Positions 37,181 to 47,351 of a DNA stretch of 55,388 bases are shown in pieces. Under the pieces are notes generated by a model, which worked only from the letters and a program-made list of their open reading frames with translations, did no database searches and was not told where the DNA came from. The first letter of the stretch is position 1. The number at the start of each line of letters is the position of its first letter. This DNA is from Opitutia bacterium (GTDB lineage Bacteria > Verrucomicrobiota > Verrucomicrobiia > Opitutales > T3Sed10-336): positions 1 through 55,388 of the forward strand of contig JBJHCF010000037.1 of NCBI GenBank assembly GCA_050506795.1. The letters run 5' to 3'. The position numbers were made by a program, and so were the translations under genes.

Positions 37181-37798
37181 ATGACTGTAACGGAAGCGCT
37201 CCAGAAGCGACGGGCCATCAAACACTACGATCCGGACTTTGTCATTCCGACGGCCGACATCAAGGACTTGTTCGCCAAAACCCTTTTGACGCCGTCGTCG
37301 TTCAACCTGCAACACTGGCGATTTGCCGCCGTGGTGGATCCCGCGGTTAAGATTCGGCTCTGCCAGGCCGCCTGGGGACAACGGCACATCCGGGAGGCCT
37401 CGATGGTGGTGGTGCTCGCCGGCAACCTGGAGGCGCCCGCCGACGCCGCCGATATCTGGGAGCATACGCCGGACCAGGTCCGCGAAAAACTGGTGCCTCA
37501 AATTGAGGGTTTCTACAGCGAAAACGCACAGCTCAAACGCGACGAGGCCGTGCGCAGCGTTTCGCTGGCCGCCATGTCACTGATGCTGGCCGCGACTGAG
37601 ATGGGCTACGCCACCTGCCCCATGATCGGCTTCGACCCAAAAGCTGCGGCCGAGATCGTGCGCATGCCCCAAAACTGGATCCCGGTCATGATGATCACGG
37701 TGGGACGAGGCATTCGGGAGCCCCACCCCAAACTGGGTCAGTTGCGGGTGGAGGATGTGGTTTTCTGGAATTTTTTCGACGGCGAGCCGATTCGATAA
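37181..37798 (+). CDS. Nitroreductase family protein
   Basis: RRAIKHY, PSSFNLQHW, TCPMIGFD. Confidence 0.93.
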   Translation: MTVTEALQKRRAIKHYDPDFVIPTADIKDLFAKTLLTPSSFNLQHWRFAAVVDPAVKIRLCQAAWGQRHIREASMVVVLAGNLEAPADAADIWEHTPDQVREKLVPQIEGFYSENAQLKRDEAVRSVSLAAMSLMLAATEMGYATCPMIGFDPKAAAEIVRMPQNWIPVMMITVGRGIREPHPKLGQLRVEDVVFWNFFDGEPIR

Positions 37799-37812
37799 GA
37801 CCGCTTCCGGCT

Positions 37813-38496
37813 TCAGGGGACGCTGAAGCCGCCGTGATTGGCGTTGCGGTAATAGGATTCAATCTCCTCGGGCACGGTGGCCACGTCGTCGACGACCTTG
37901 AATAAGTTCAGATCGTCTTTATCGATGGTCCCATCACCGACCAAACGATCACGCATCCAGTCGACCAGCCCGGCCCAGAATTCGGATCCGACCAAATAGA
38001 CCGGAAACGGTTTGATTTTTTCGGTCTGAATCAGGGTCAGGGATTCAAAAAGCTCGTCAACGGTTCCAAATCCCCCGGGGAACACCACAAAGGCGGTCGA
38101 GTATTTCACCAGCATGACCTTGCGCACAAAGAAATAGCGGAAACTGAGGCTGTCGGTCTGGTAGGGATTGGGATTCTGTTCGCGGGGCAAATCGATATTG
38201 AGCCCCACGCTCCGACCTTCCGCCTCGTACGCCCCCTTGTTGGCCGCCTGCATGATCCCGGGTCCGCCCCCGGTGAAAACCGCGTAACCGCTCCGCGCCA
38301 GTTGGCCGGCCAGTTTCTCCGCCAGCAAGGAGTAGGGGTGATCGGGCGCGAAACGGGCCGAGCCAAAAATCGTCACCGCTCGTCCGATGTCGCTCATCTC
38401 CTCGAAACCCTGCACAAACTCTCCCATGATTCGGAAGAGCCGCCAGGATTCTTCCGCCAGGACATCGATCACATACTGTTTTTCGGGTTTTTTCAT
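37813..38496 (-). CDS. LOG family (TIGR00730) nucleotide phosphoribohydrolase
   Basis: FGSAR, TGGGPGIM, RKVML, PGGFGTVDE. Confidence 0.93.
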   Translation of the reverse strand: MKKPEKQYVIDVLAEESWRLFRIMGEFVQGFEEMSDIGRAVTIFGSARFAPDHPYSLLAEKLAGQLARSGYAVFTGGGPGIMQAANKGAYEAEGRSVGLNIDLPREQNPNPYQTDSLSFRYFFVRKVMLVKYSTAFVVFPGGFGTVDELFESLTLIQTEKIKPFPVYLVGSEFWAGLVDWMRDRLVGDGTIDKDDLNLFKVVDDVATVPEEIESYYRNANHGGFSVP

Positions 38497-38749
38497 GGTC
38501 GTTTTCGGTGGCTACACCAGGAAGGCCCGCGCGGCAAAGCTTTTCCTGAACAACCCCCCGGCGGCTTGCCCGAAACGAGGGGAATTCGTCGAACGGTAAA
38601 TCATCCCCTTGATCAATCCGGCAGAGTTGGTATTTACAGAAGGATTCAGGTGGCTTAACCTGACTTGATGGCCGGTTGTGCCCGGATACCGAGCCGACCG
38701 GCGTCCGGTGCGCCGGACCAACCTTTTTTTCAACCAACAAGGACCAACA

Positions 38750-39736
38750 ATGACGCAAGCATCATCCGAAGCGACCAAAACAAATCGCCTCGAACAGCTC
38801 AAAAAGCTCACCAAAGTCGTCGCCGACACCGGCGATTTCGGCGCCATGAAGCAGTACGAGCCGCTCGACGCCACCACCAATCCCAGCCTCATCCTCAAAG
38901 CGGTGCAAAAGCCCGAGTACCAGGCCCTGCTGAAACAAGCCGTCGAGGCCCATCGCGGGACCGGCGAATCGGAGGAACAGAAAGTCGACCGCATCATGGG
39001 CGAGCTCCTGGTGCTGTTCGGGTCCGAGATTCTGAAAATAATCCCTGGCCGCGTATCGACGGAAACCGACGCCCGATTCTCTTTCGATACCGACAAGATC
39101 GTGGAGGACGGCCGCCGTTTCATCCGGCTCTACAAGGAAAAGGGCATTTCCTCCGACCGAATCCTGATCAAGATCGCCTCGACGTGGGAAGGTATTCGGG
39201 CCGCCGAAATCCTGGAGAAGGAAGGCATCCACTGCAACCTGACCCTTCTCTTTTCACTTCCCCAGGCCATCGCCTGCGCGGAAGCCAACGTTCAGTTGAT
39301 CTCTCCTTTCGTCGGCCGGATTTACGACTGGTACAAAAAGTCGACCGGCAAGGAGTATCAGGGCGCCGAGGATCCCGGCGTGCAGTCGGTGAAAACCATT
39401 TACAACTATTACAAAAAGTTCGGTTACGACACCGAGGTGATGGGCGCCAGCTTCCGCAACTCAAGTCAGATCGTGGAACTGGCGGGATGCGACCTGCTCA
39501 CGATCAGCCCGGAACTCCTGGAGGAACTGAAAAACAGCAACGACCCGGTCGAGCGCAAGCTGGATCCGGCCGCGGCCAGGGAAGCCGACCTGAAAAAGGT
39601 CTCCCTGGACGAAGCCACCTTCCGCTACCAGGTGAACGAAGACGCCATGGCCACCGAAAAAACCGCCGAAGGCATCCGCAATTTCGCCGCCGACGCGGCC
39701 AAACTGGAAAACCTGATTCGCAAAGAACTCGTCTGA
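38750..39736 (+). CDS. tal: Transaldolase
   Basis: [39 protein letters not shown]. Confidence 0.97.
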   Translation: MTQASSEATKTNRLEQLKKLTKVVADTGDFGAMKQYEPLDATTNPSLILKAVQKPEYQALLKQAVEAHRGTGESEEQKVDRIMGELLVLFGSEILKIIPGRVSTETDARFSFDTDKIVEDGRRFIRLYKEKGISSDRILIKIASTWEGIRAAEILEKEGIHCNLTLLFSLPQAIACAEANVQLISPFVGRIYDWYKKSTGKEYQGAEDPGVQSVKTIYNYYKKFGYDTEVMGASFRNSSQIVELAGCDLLTISPELLEELKNSNDPVERKLDPAAAREADLKKVSLDEATFRYQVNEDAMATEKTAEGIRNFAADAAKLENLIRKELV

Positions 39737-39739
39737 AGC

Positions 39740-39773
39740 AAAACGCCCGCCGGATTCGATCCGGCGGGCTTCT
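39740..39773. terminator. Hairpin after tal
   Basis: gcccgccggat/atccggcgggc stem; weak U tail. Confidence 0.5.
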
Positions 39774-39788
39774 GTACCCCGCCCCCCC

Positions 39789-40928
39789 ATGCCCCGACAC
39801 CCCGAACCGACCGAACGGCAGGCCCTGCTGATTCTCAACGCCCTGCCCGAACTGGGACCGGTGACGCTGCGTCGCCTGATGGATGCCTTCGATCACACGG
39901 CCGGCAAAATCCTGTCGGCTTCCCCGGCCGCGTTGAAAAAGGTGCGAGGGGTGGGCGCTGCCGTGGCCGGAGCCCTGCGCTCCTGGCCCGACCATGTGGA
40001 CCTGGCCGCCGAAGAGGCGCGCCTCGCCGACGCCGGGGCGCGCTTTGTCACCGCCCGGGATCCCGGTTACCCCACCCTGCTCAAGGAAATCTACGACCCG
40101 CCGATCGGCCTGTACTGGCAGGGGATCGAAAAACTTTCCGAGCCCTGTATCGCCATTGTGGGAACACGCCGGACAACCCTCTACGGTCAAGCCACCGCCC
40201 GTAAGTTCGCGGCGGGCCTTGCGCGCCGCGGCTGCTGCGTGGTGAGCGGTCTGGCGCGGGGTATTGACACCGCGGCCCACGAGGGCGCGCTGGAGGCGAA
40301 CGGCCAGACCGCCGCCGTGCTGGGCTGCGGCCTCGACATCATCTACCCCCCGGAAAACCTCGACCTCTACCGCAGGATCGCGCGGGACGGGGCGGTGTTG
40401 ACCGAGTTTCGCTTCGGCCGAAGGGCGGACCGGCAGAGTTTCCCCATGCGCAACCGGATCGTCGCCGGTATGTGCGCCGCCCTGATCGTGATCGAATCAG
40501 GCGTCAACGGCGGATCGATGATTACCGCCCGTTTCGCCGCCGACCAGGGAAGAACGGTGTGCGCGGTTCCGGGACGCATCGACCAGGTCGCCAGCCGGGG
40601 ATGTCACCAACTGATCCGCGACGGCGCCGTGCTAGTCCAGGAGGTCGACGACGTGTTGGACGAACTGCAATACCTGCCCGGATTTCGACCCCCCGCGACG
40701 GACGACGACCGCGGAAAGACCGACGGCGCCAAGCCTTCGTTCGCCGGCAATCTGAGCCCCGAGGAAGCCGCGGTGATGGCCCTTCTGGCCGACGGCTCCA
40801 TCCTGCACCCCGACGAGATCGGCTCGGGAGCCGATCTCGCCGGGGGCCGACTCAGCACCGCGCTCACGATGCTGGAGCTCAAGCGCCTGGTGGCCCGGCG
40901 GGTGGACGGGAGATTCGAAGCGCGGTGA
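39789..40928 (+). CDS. dprA: DNA-processing protein A
   Basis: IAIVGTR, VSGLARGID, FPMRNRIVAG, GSMITA, VPG; C-terminal wHTH. Confidence 0.96.
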   Translation: MPRHPEPTERQALLILNALPELGPVTLRRLMDAFDHTAGKILSASPAALKKVRGVGAAVAGALRSWPDHVDLAAEEARLADAGARFVTARDPGYPTLLKEIYDPPIGLYWQGIEKLSEPCIAIVGTRRTTLYGQATARKFAAGLARRGCCVVSGLARGIDTAAHEGALEANGQTAAVLGCGLDIIYPPENLDLYRRIARDGAVLTEFRFGRRADRQSFPMRNRIVAGMCAALIVIESGVNGGSMITARFAADQGRTVCAVPGRIDQVASRGCHQLIRDGAVLVQEVDDVLDELQYLPGFRPPATDDDRGKTDGAKPSFAGNLSPEEAAVMALLADGSILHPDEIGSGADLAGGRLSTALTMLELKRLVARRVDGRFEAR

Positions 40929-40932
40929 GCGA

Positions 40933-41709
40933 TCAGGCTTTCGCCGCCTGATATCGACGGGCCACGTCGTCCCAATTGATGACCTCCATGAAGGCATCGA
41001 CGTAGGCCCCCCGCCGGTTTTGATACCGCAGGTAGTAAGCGTGCTCCCAAACGTCGATCGCCAGCAGCGGGACCACGCCGTGAACGGTGATGTCGTGATG
41101 CTTCTCCGCCTGCAACACCACCAGCTTCCCGCTGATGGGCTCATAACCCAGGATCCCCCAGCCGCTGGCTTCCACCGCGCCGGATGCGGCCTTGAAAAGG
41201 CGGGCGAAATTCGCGAATCCGCCGAAACTCGCCTCGATCGCCTCGGCCAGTTCCCCGCCGGGCTCACCGCCCCCGTCCGGCTTCATATTGTTCCAGAAAA
41301 GCACGTGCAGGGAGTGCCCCGAGCCGTGAAAGGCCAATTCGCGGGTCCAGTGTTTCACCAGGCCCGCATCCCCGTCACCGGCCGCGATGGCATTGAGATT
41401 CCGCACCGCGTTGTTGGCGCCGTTCACATAACCCTGGTGATGAATACTGTGGTGCAGTTCCATGGTCCGGGCGTCGATATGGGGCTCCAGGGCGTCATAG
41501 GGATAATCAAGGGGCGGCAGCACAAATTCGCCGTCTTTGAAGCCGATCTCACTTTCTTTCGGCTCGTGCTCCCCGCCCTCGTGGTGGGAGGCCGAGGCGG
41601 TGGAGGCGATAATCGGAGCCGCGCTCAGAGCGGCGGCGCCGAGACCGAGGGTTTTTAGCATATCACGACGGGCGAGAGGGGCTTCGGATGCAGAACGTGG
41701 CAATTCCAT
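40933..41709 (-). CDS. sod: Fe/Mn superoxide dismutase with Tat signal
   Basis: LEPHID..HHSIHH, HGSGHSLH, DVWEHAYY; N-terminal ARRDMLK followed by a hydrophobic stretch. Confidence 0.95.
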   Translation of the reverse strand: MELPRSASEAPLARRDMLKTLGLGAAALSAAPIIASTASASHHEGGEHEPKESEIGFKDGEFVLPPLDYPYDALEPHIDARTMELHHSIHHQGYVNGANNAVRNLNAIAAGDGDAGLVKHWTRELAFHGSGHSLHVLFWNNMKPDGGGEPGGELAEAIEASFGGFANFARLFKAASGAVEASGWGILGYEPISGKLVVLQAEKHHDITVHGVVPLLAIDVWEHAYYLRYQNRRGAYVDAFMEVINWDDVARRYQAAKA

Positions 41710-41832
41710 AATTCAATCCTTTGGTTCAGGTTTTCGTTTTAGGATGGAACTGCACCGATAACCCCAAACCTCGCCCCGCGCAACCTTTCGGATTGCCCCG
41801 CGCGGAAATTGCCGGCTGAATAAACAGTCGAC

Positions 41833-43410
41833 ATGTCCTGGAACCGCTTTAAACAACGCTTCTTCCACGATCAGGAATCCGGGGTCTCCCTCGACTACAG
41901 CCGCATGGACTATGCCGAGGATTTCCTCGCCGCCATGGAGCCCCGGATACAGAACGCCTTTGAAGCGATGGACCAACTGGAGAAAGGGGCCGTCGCCAAT
42001 CCGGACGAAAACCGTCAGGTCGGCCACTACTGGCTGCGGGCTCCGGAACGGGCCCCGGACGCGGCCACCCGCGAAAGCATCGAAAAAACCATCGCGGCGG
42101 TGGAAGAACTGGCGCGCGAGGTCCACGACGGCAAGGTGACGGGAGAAAGCGGCGCCTTCGCCAATCTGCTGGTGATCGGTATCGGCGGTTCGGCGCTCGG
42201 ACCGCAGTTTGTGGCCCAAGCTCTGGGAGGGCCGGGGGTGGACCGCATGCGCCTGTTCTTTTTCGACAACACCGACCCGGACGGCATGGACCGCACCCTG
42301 GCCACGCTCAAAGGCGAGTTGGGGCGCACCCTCTGCGTGGTGATTTCCAAATCCGGCGGCACTCCGGAAACCCGGAACGGCATGGTGGAAGCGGCTCGCG
42401 CCTACGAGGAAGCGGGACTGAGCTTCGCCCGCCACGCGGTGGCCATTACCGGTGAAGGCAGCCGCCTCGACAAGATCGCCTCCAACGATGGTTGGCTCCG
42501 CCGATTTCCCATGTGGGACTGGGTGGGAGGCCGCACCAGCGAGCTGGGTCCGGTCGGTCTCTTGCCGGCGGCCCTGCAGGGGATCGATATTCGCGGCCTG
42601 CTGACCGGCGCCGCCTACATGGACACCCTGACCCGAACCCGGGAAACCGCCCGCAACCCGGCCGCGCTCCTCGCGCTCATGTGGTACCATGGGGCGGACG
42701 GCACGGGGAAAAAGGACATGGTCATTCTTCCCTACAAAGACCGCCTGGAACTGTTTTCCCGCTACCTGCAGCAGTTGGTGATGGAGTCCCTGGGCAAGGA
42801 ATTCGATCTCGACGGAAAGGTTGTCCATCAGGGCCTCAGCGTCTACGGCAACAAGGGTTCCACCGATCAGCATGCCTACATCCAGCAATTGCGCGAAGGG
42901 CCGATCAATTTCTTCGCCACCTTCATCGAAGTCCTCCGCGATCGCGAGGGAGATTCCGTCGAAGTGGAAACGGGCGCCACTTCGGGCGATTTTCTCCAGG
43001 GATTTTTCCTCGGAACCCGCCGGGCCCTCTACGAAAAAGGCCGCGAGTCCATCACCGTCACGGTGCCCGCGGTCACGCCGCGCACGGTCGGGATGCTGAT
43101 CGCGCTGTACGAACGCGCGGTGGGATTCTACGCCTCCCTGGTCAACATCAACGCCTACCACCAGCCCGGGGTGGAAGCCGGGAAACAAGCCGCTTCCACC
43201 GTGCTCGACCTAAAAAAGAAGCTCCTGGCCCGGCTGGACGAAGCCTCCGGGCCCCGCACCGCGGAGCAACTCGCCCATGAGCTGGACCAAGAAAAGGATT
43301 GCGAAACCGTTTTTAAGCTGCTGGAACATCTTTCCGCCAATCCGGCCCGCCGGGTGATCAAGCGGCTTGGCGGCGATCCGTTTTCCTCGCTTTATTCGCG
43401 GGAAAAGTGA
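41833..43410 (+). CDS. pgi: Glucose-6-phosphate isomerase
   Basis: [42 protein letters not shown]. Confidence 0.97.
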   Translation: MSWNRFKQRFFHDQESGVSLDYSRMDYAEDFLAAMEPRIQNAFEAMDQLEKGAVANPDENRQVGHYWLRAPERAPDAATRESIEKTIAAVEELAREVHDGKVTGESGAFANLLVIGIGGSALGPQFVAQALGGPGVDRMRLFFFDNTDPDGMDRTLATLKGELGRTLCVVISKSGGTPETRNGMVEAARAYEEAGLSFARHAVAITGEGSRLDKIASNDGWLRRFPMWDWVGGRTSELGPVGLLPAALQGIDIRGLLTGAAYMDTLTRTRETARNPAALLALMWYHGADGTGKKDMVILPYKDRLELFSRYLQQLVMESLGKEFDLDGKVVHQGLSVYGNKGSTDQHAYIQQLREGPINFFATFIEVLRDREGDSVEVETGATSGDFLQGFFLGTRRALYEKGRESITVTVPAVTPRTVGMLIALYERAVGFYASLVNINAYHQPGVEAGKQAASTVLDLKKKLLARLDEASGPRTAEQLAHELDQEKDCETVFKLLEHLSANPARRVIKRLGGDPFSSLYSREK

Positions 43411-43484
43411 CCGGTTTTCCATTGAATATACCGCTTGCGGAGATATAGTTTAATTAATCCTCACACGTCACGTATCTGATTCCC

Positions 43485-44267
43485 ATGAATGCACTCTCAA
43501 TTGTCACCCGCGTAATCGCAATCCTCGGCGCCGCCGCCGCCGTCTATTTTTACTTCGACCTCGGCAACCAGGTGGAGGAAACCGAACAGCGGCTTCAGTC
43601 GGAGCAATCGCGCCACACCAGCACCCAAAACCGGCTCGCCACCGCCGAGGCCGAGCGTGAAGAGCTCGCGGAAACCGTCACCGCTATGGAGGCGAGCCTG
43701 CAGGAAGCACAGGGGCAGATCGCGCTGGAGCAGGCTCGGGTCGAGGAACTGGAAGGCGACCTCGAGGAAAGCCGGAGCTCCCTGGCCGCGGTGCAGAGCG
43801 AGCGCGACGAGTTTCGCGCCGACGCCGCCCGTTACCGCGATATGTACCTCGCTCTCCGCGAGGATACCGAGGGCCTGGTGGGAGGACCGGAAGAAGAGCT
43901 TATCCTGAGTCTCCAGCGTGACCTGCGCCGCGTCGAAGGTGAGCTGGAGACCGCCCGGAACCGTTTGCGGGAACTGGAGGGCGAGCCGGAAGCCAACGAG
44001 TATGTTTCCCGGACTCTCAACGTCGTGCGCGGCAAGATTTCCGACGCGGACGCCCGTCGCGGATTCGTGATTCTCGACGTCGGTTCCGATCACGATGTTC
44101 GTCTGGGCGACGAGTTGATGGTGCACCGCGACGGCGCCTACATCGCCCGGGTACGGGTGTCCCGCAGCGAACCCACGCAGAGTGTCGCCCAGGTGCTCTC
44201 CGGTACGGCCGATCTTGACATTCGCCGGGGTGACGATGTCCGTATCACCAAAGTTCAAATCAACTGA
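43485..44267 (+). CDS. Membrane-anchored coiled-coil protein with C-terminal beta domain
   Basis: N-terminal TM, long E/Q/A/L heptad region, GFVILDVG..GDELMV..IRRGDDV. Confidence 0.85.
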   Translation: MNALSIVTRVIAILGAAAAVYFYFDLGNQVEETEQRLQSEQSRHTSTQNRLATAEAEREELAETVTAMEASLQEAQGQIALEQARVEELEGDLEESRSSLAAVQSERDEFRADAARYRDMYLALREDTEGLVGGPEEELILSLQRDLRRVEGELETARNRLRELEGEPEANEYVSRTLNVVRGKISDADARRGFVILDVGSDHDVRLGDELMVHRDGAYIARVRVSRSEPTQSVAQVLSGTADLDIRRGDDVRITKVQIN

Positions 44268-44419
44268 TGAAGTTCGTCCGAATCATCTCCGCCATTCTGT
44301 TGGTGGCCGGGTCTTCAGCGATTTTCACCGGATGCGCCACTCATGACCCGGACGACTCCTCGATCCCCTGGAACCGTCCCGCCCAATGGGAAGACCGCCC
44401 GCCGGGCATGGGATTTTAA
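44267..44419 (+). CDS. Small lipoprotein (50 aa), absent from the ORF track
   Basis: MKFVRIISAILLVAGSSAIFTGC-ATHDPDDSSIPWNRPAQWEDRPPGMGF; lipobox; TGATG coupling; followed by a terminator. Confidence 0.8.
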   Translation: MKFVRIISAILLVAGSSAIFTGCATHDPDDSSIPWNRPAQWEDRPPGMGF

Positions 44420-44440
44420 GGTCTCAATCTTTTAACGGTC

Positions 44441-44476
44441 AAAAAGCCGATCCGCACGAGGGTCGGCTTTTTTCTT
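44441..44476. terminator. Intrinsic terminator
   Basis: aaaaagccgatcc..gggtcggctttttt. Confidence 0.85.
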
Positions 44477-44608
44477 GCCGGTTTCGCCTCTTTTTCAGCG
44501 GAGGGCGCCGCGATTGTCAGTGACGGACATAACCGCGTTCCCTTAGTCTTGGCGGAATCTCTTTGTGCTCTTTGTGCTCTTTGTGGTTTAACAAATCCGC
44601 AATTCAAA

Positions 44609-45343
44609 ATGACAACCGCACCGATAGATTCGCCCGCCCCCGGACACTCCCCGGCGCGCGGCGCCCTTTACCTCGTGGCCACGCCGATCGGCAACCTTTC
44701 GGATTTCAGCCCCCGGGCGCGGGAAACGCTCAGCACCGCCGATGCCATCCTGTGCGAGGACACCCGGACCACCGCCAAGCTGCTCAACCGCTGGGAAATC
44801 TCCGGCGTGACCCTCCTCGCCCACCACGAACACAACGAGCGGGCCCAGGCGCCCCGCCTGGCCGACCGAATCGCGGCGGGGGAAACCCTGGCCCTGGTCT
44901 CGGACGCCGGCACCCCGGGATTGAGCGATCCCGGCTTCCGCATCGTTCGCGAATGCCGGCGGCGTGGTCTCGAAGTCATACCCATTCCCGGACCCTTTGC
45001 CGCCGCCGCGGCGCTTTCCGCCAGCGGCCTCCCCACCGACGCCTTCTTTTTCGCCGGATTCCTGCCCCCGAAAAAAGCCGCGCGCCAAAGGTTCTTTCAG
45101 ACCCACAGCGAATTCCCCCACACCATCTGCCTCTACGAATCCTCACACCGCATCGAAAAATGCCTTCAGGACATCGTGACCGTTCTCGGCCCCGAGCGTA
45201 CAATCGCGGTGGCCAAGGAACTGACCAAGCTGCACGAACGTTTCCTTTGCGGGCAGGCCGACGAGGTCGTCAAACAGTTGAACGATATCAGCCGCAAAGG
45301 TGAATTTGTGGTCCTAATCGCCCCCCAGGGCTTCGAACTGTAG
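44609..45343 (+). CDS. rsmI: 16S rRNA C1402 2'-O-methyltransferase
   Basis: LYLVATPIGNL, CEDTR, VSDAGTPGLSDPG, YESSHR, ELTKLHE, KGEFV. Confidence 0.96.
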   Translation: MTTAPIDSPAPGHSPARGALYLVATPIGNLSDFSPRARETLSTADAILCEDTRTTAKLLNRWEISGVTLLAHHEHNERAQAPRLADRIAAGETLALVSDAGTPGLSDPGFRIVRECRRRGLEVIPIPGPFAAAAALSASGLPTDAFFFAGFLPPKKAARQRFFQTHSEFPHTICLYESSHRIEKCLQDIVTVLGPERTIAVAKELTKLHERFLCGQADEVVKQLNDISRKGEFVVLIAPQGFEL

Positions 45344-45399
45344 ACGCAGGGAACGTTTCATTTAAGAACTGCGAATCGCATTGAGAATCAGCGCTTCTT

Positions 45400-45614
45400 C
45401 CCACCCTGGCAAGTTTACCTAAAACCACGCCCGGTATTCAAGCATAGCTGAACGGTGAAGGTTGTCACACGGAGCCACGCCCTCGACGGGCTCAGGCCGG
45501 TGAGAGCTCACGGAGGTATGTCCGGTACAAATCTCCGTGTCTTTGTGGCTCCGTGTGAGCCCAATTTCCGCTGTATAAAAGGATTCGTTAACACCGTAAC
45601 AAAGCAGAATTAAG
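45400..45614. mobile_element. MITE-like element B
   Basis: Reverse-complement match to 53002-53193; internal cacggag/ctccgtg nested inverted repeats. Confidence 0.75.
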
Positions 45615-45752
45615 ATTGAGAATTAGAGATTTCAATTAGCCCCCATGCATTGGAATGGGACCTCTAATCCAACCAGACAGCCTGGACGGCCGCGGAAAAA
45701 TCCATCCGAACAGCTTGCGGGCGGGCGGAAAAGGATCATCATTGGCGTTACC

Positions 45753-46268
45753 ATGAAACGTATATTTTCGTTGCTCCTTGCGCCTCTAGCTTTTTTGCTT
45801 CCCCCCATGTCAGCCAAAGAGCCTTTGGACATCGGCCAGGACGCGCCGGCCGTTGAAGCCCTCAACCAGGACGGCGAACTCGTCTCCCTGGAAAAACTTT
45901 ACAAGGAAGGCGACGTCCTCGTTTATTTCTACCCGCGCGCCGACACTCCCGGTTGCACCGCCCAGGCCTGCAGTCTGCGCGACGACTTTGAAGCCCTTAC
46001 CGAACGCAAGGTCACGGTGGTCGGCGTCAGCACTGACGACGTGGCGGCCCAGAAAGCCTTTCAGGAAAAACACCAGCTTCCCTTCACCCTGCTGGCCGAC
46101 ACCGAAAGACAGGTGGTCGAAGGGTTTGGAGTGCCCACCCGCGGAGCCTTCGCCACCCGGCAGGCATTCCTGATTCGCCAAGGCAAAATCGTCTGGCGCG
46201 ACCTGGAAGCCTCCACCGCCGAGCAAGCCGCAGATGTTCTAAAGGCTCTGACTGAACTTGACGGATGA
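45753..46268 (+). CDS. bcp: BCP/PrxQ peroxiredoxin with signal peptide
   Basis: YFYPRADTPGCTAQACSLRD; N-terminal MKRIFSLLLAPLAFLL. Confidence 0.92.
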   Translation: MKRIFSLLLAPLAFLLPPMSAKEPLDIGQDAPAVEALNQDGELVSLEKLYKEGDVLVYFYPRADTPGCTAQACSLRDDFEALTERKVTVVGVSTDDVAAQKAFQEKHQLPFTLLADTERQVVEGFGVPTRGAFATRQAFLIRQGKIVWRDLEASTAEQAADVLKALTELDG

Positions 46269-47344
46269 TTTCACGCCGCGCCAAGCGGGTTACGCTCGGA
46301 TTGGCGTTTGGTTCTCTGGCGCTGATATTGTTTATCACGCTCCTTAATCGGCACTTCGCCGCCGTTGAGCTCAGACAGCGCCTGGAGGAGGAGCGCGCCG
46401 AAATTCGCGAACCCGAGCCCCTGCTGTACACGGTCGCCCGGGACACCGAGAGCAGAATCCGCAGTTTTTCCGCCCACCTGCTCCCCTGGCACGACGCCCG
46501 GGTGGCGGCGGAGGTGACCGGACGAGTCGAAGCGATTCCGGTCGAACCGGGCGAAACCGTGGAGCGAGGCGCCGTTCTGGTTCAACTGGACGACACCCAG
46601 GCCCGTCTGCGTCTGCGAGCGGCCGAAGCCGCCCTGGAAAGCGCTCACGCCCAATTGCGCGAATTCCAACGCCAGGTCGAGGAACTCACCCGCCTGGTTG
46701 AATCGAGAGCCGCCACCGAAAGTCGCCTGCTGGAGACGCGCTCACGGCTGGAAATCCAGGAAAGCGAACTCGCCCGGCTCGAAACGGAAAAGGCCCAGGC
46801 CGAGGAAACGCTCCGTCGGCACACCATCACCGCGCCGTTCTCCGGGGTGGCGGGAGATCGTCTGGTCGAAGTCGGCGATGCCGTCAACGCCTTCCAACCC
46901 GTCCACCGCCTCGCCGCACTGGATCCCCTGCGGGTGGTTTTCCACGTCGGCGAAAACGAGGCGGCCCTTCTGAGCCCGGGCACCCCGATCGAGCTCCATC
47001 TCAATGGTCCGGCCCGGACTCGATCGCTCAGAGTCGAAACCCTCTCGCCGGTCGTCGACTCCAGAACCGGAAGCCTGCGGGCCGAGGCCCGGCTGGCCAA
47101 CCCGGACCTGGCGTTGCGCGGGGGCATCTCCGCCGTGGTCACCGCCCCCATCGGTCTTTACGAAAACCAGGTTTTCATCCCCGGCACGGCGGTGCGCTTC
47201 GAAGGAGCGCGGGCTTTTGTGGACCGGGTCAACAGCGGTATCGACCAGATCGACCCGGTGGAGGTCGAACTCGGACCGGAGATCCGCGGCCGATACCCGG
47301 TGCTCTCCGGGCTGGACGCGGGAGACCTGATTCTGGTCAGGTGA
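46265..47344 (+). CDS. RND periplasmic adaptor (MFP)
   Basis: N-terminal TM, AEVTGRV..GETVERG lipoyl half, helical hairpin, ITAPFSG. Confidence 0.93.
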   Translation: MISRRAKRVTLGLAFGSLALILFITLLNRHFAAVELRQRLEEERAEIREPEPLLYTVARDTESRIRSFSAHLLPWHDARVAAEVTGRVEAIPVEPGETVERGAVLVQLDDTQARLRLRAAEAALESAHAQLREFQRQVEELTRLVESRAATESRLLETRSRLEIQESELARLETEKAQAEETLRRHTITAPFSGVAGDRLVEVGDAVNAFQPVHRLAALDPLRVVFHVGENEAALLSPGTPIELHLNGPARTRSLRVETLSPVVDSRTGSLRAEARLANPDLALRGGISAVVTAPIGLYENQVFIPGTAVRFEGARAFVDRVNSGIDQIDPVEVELGPEIRGRYPVLSGLDAGDLILVR

Positions 47345-47351
47345 AAGGCGC

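Noticed and set aside
45365..45400. Fur-box-like gcgaatcgcattgagaatca
   Set aside because: Poor symmetry, and separated from the next gene by a repeat element.
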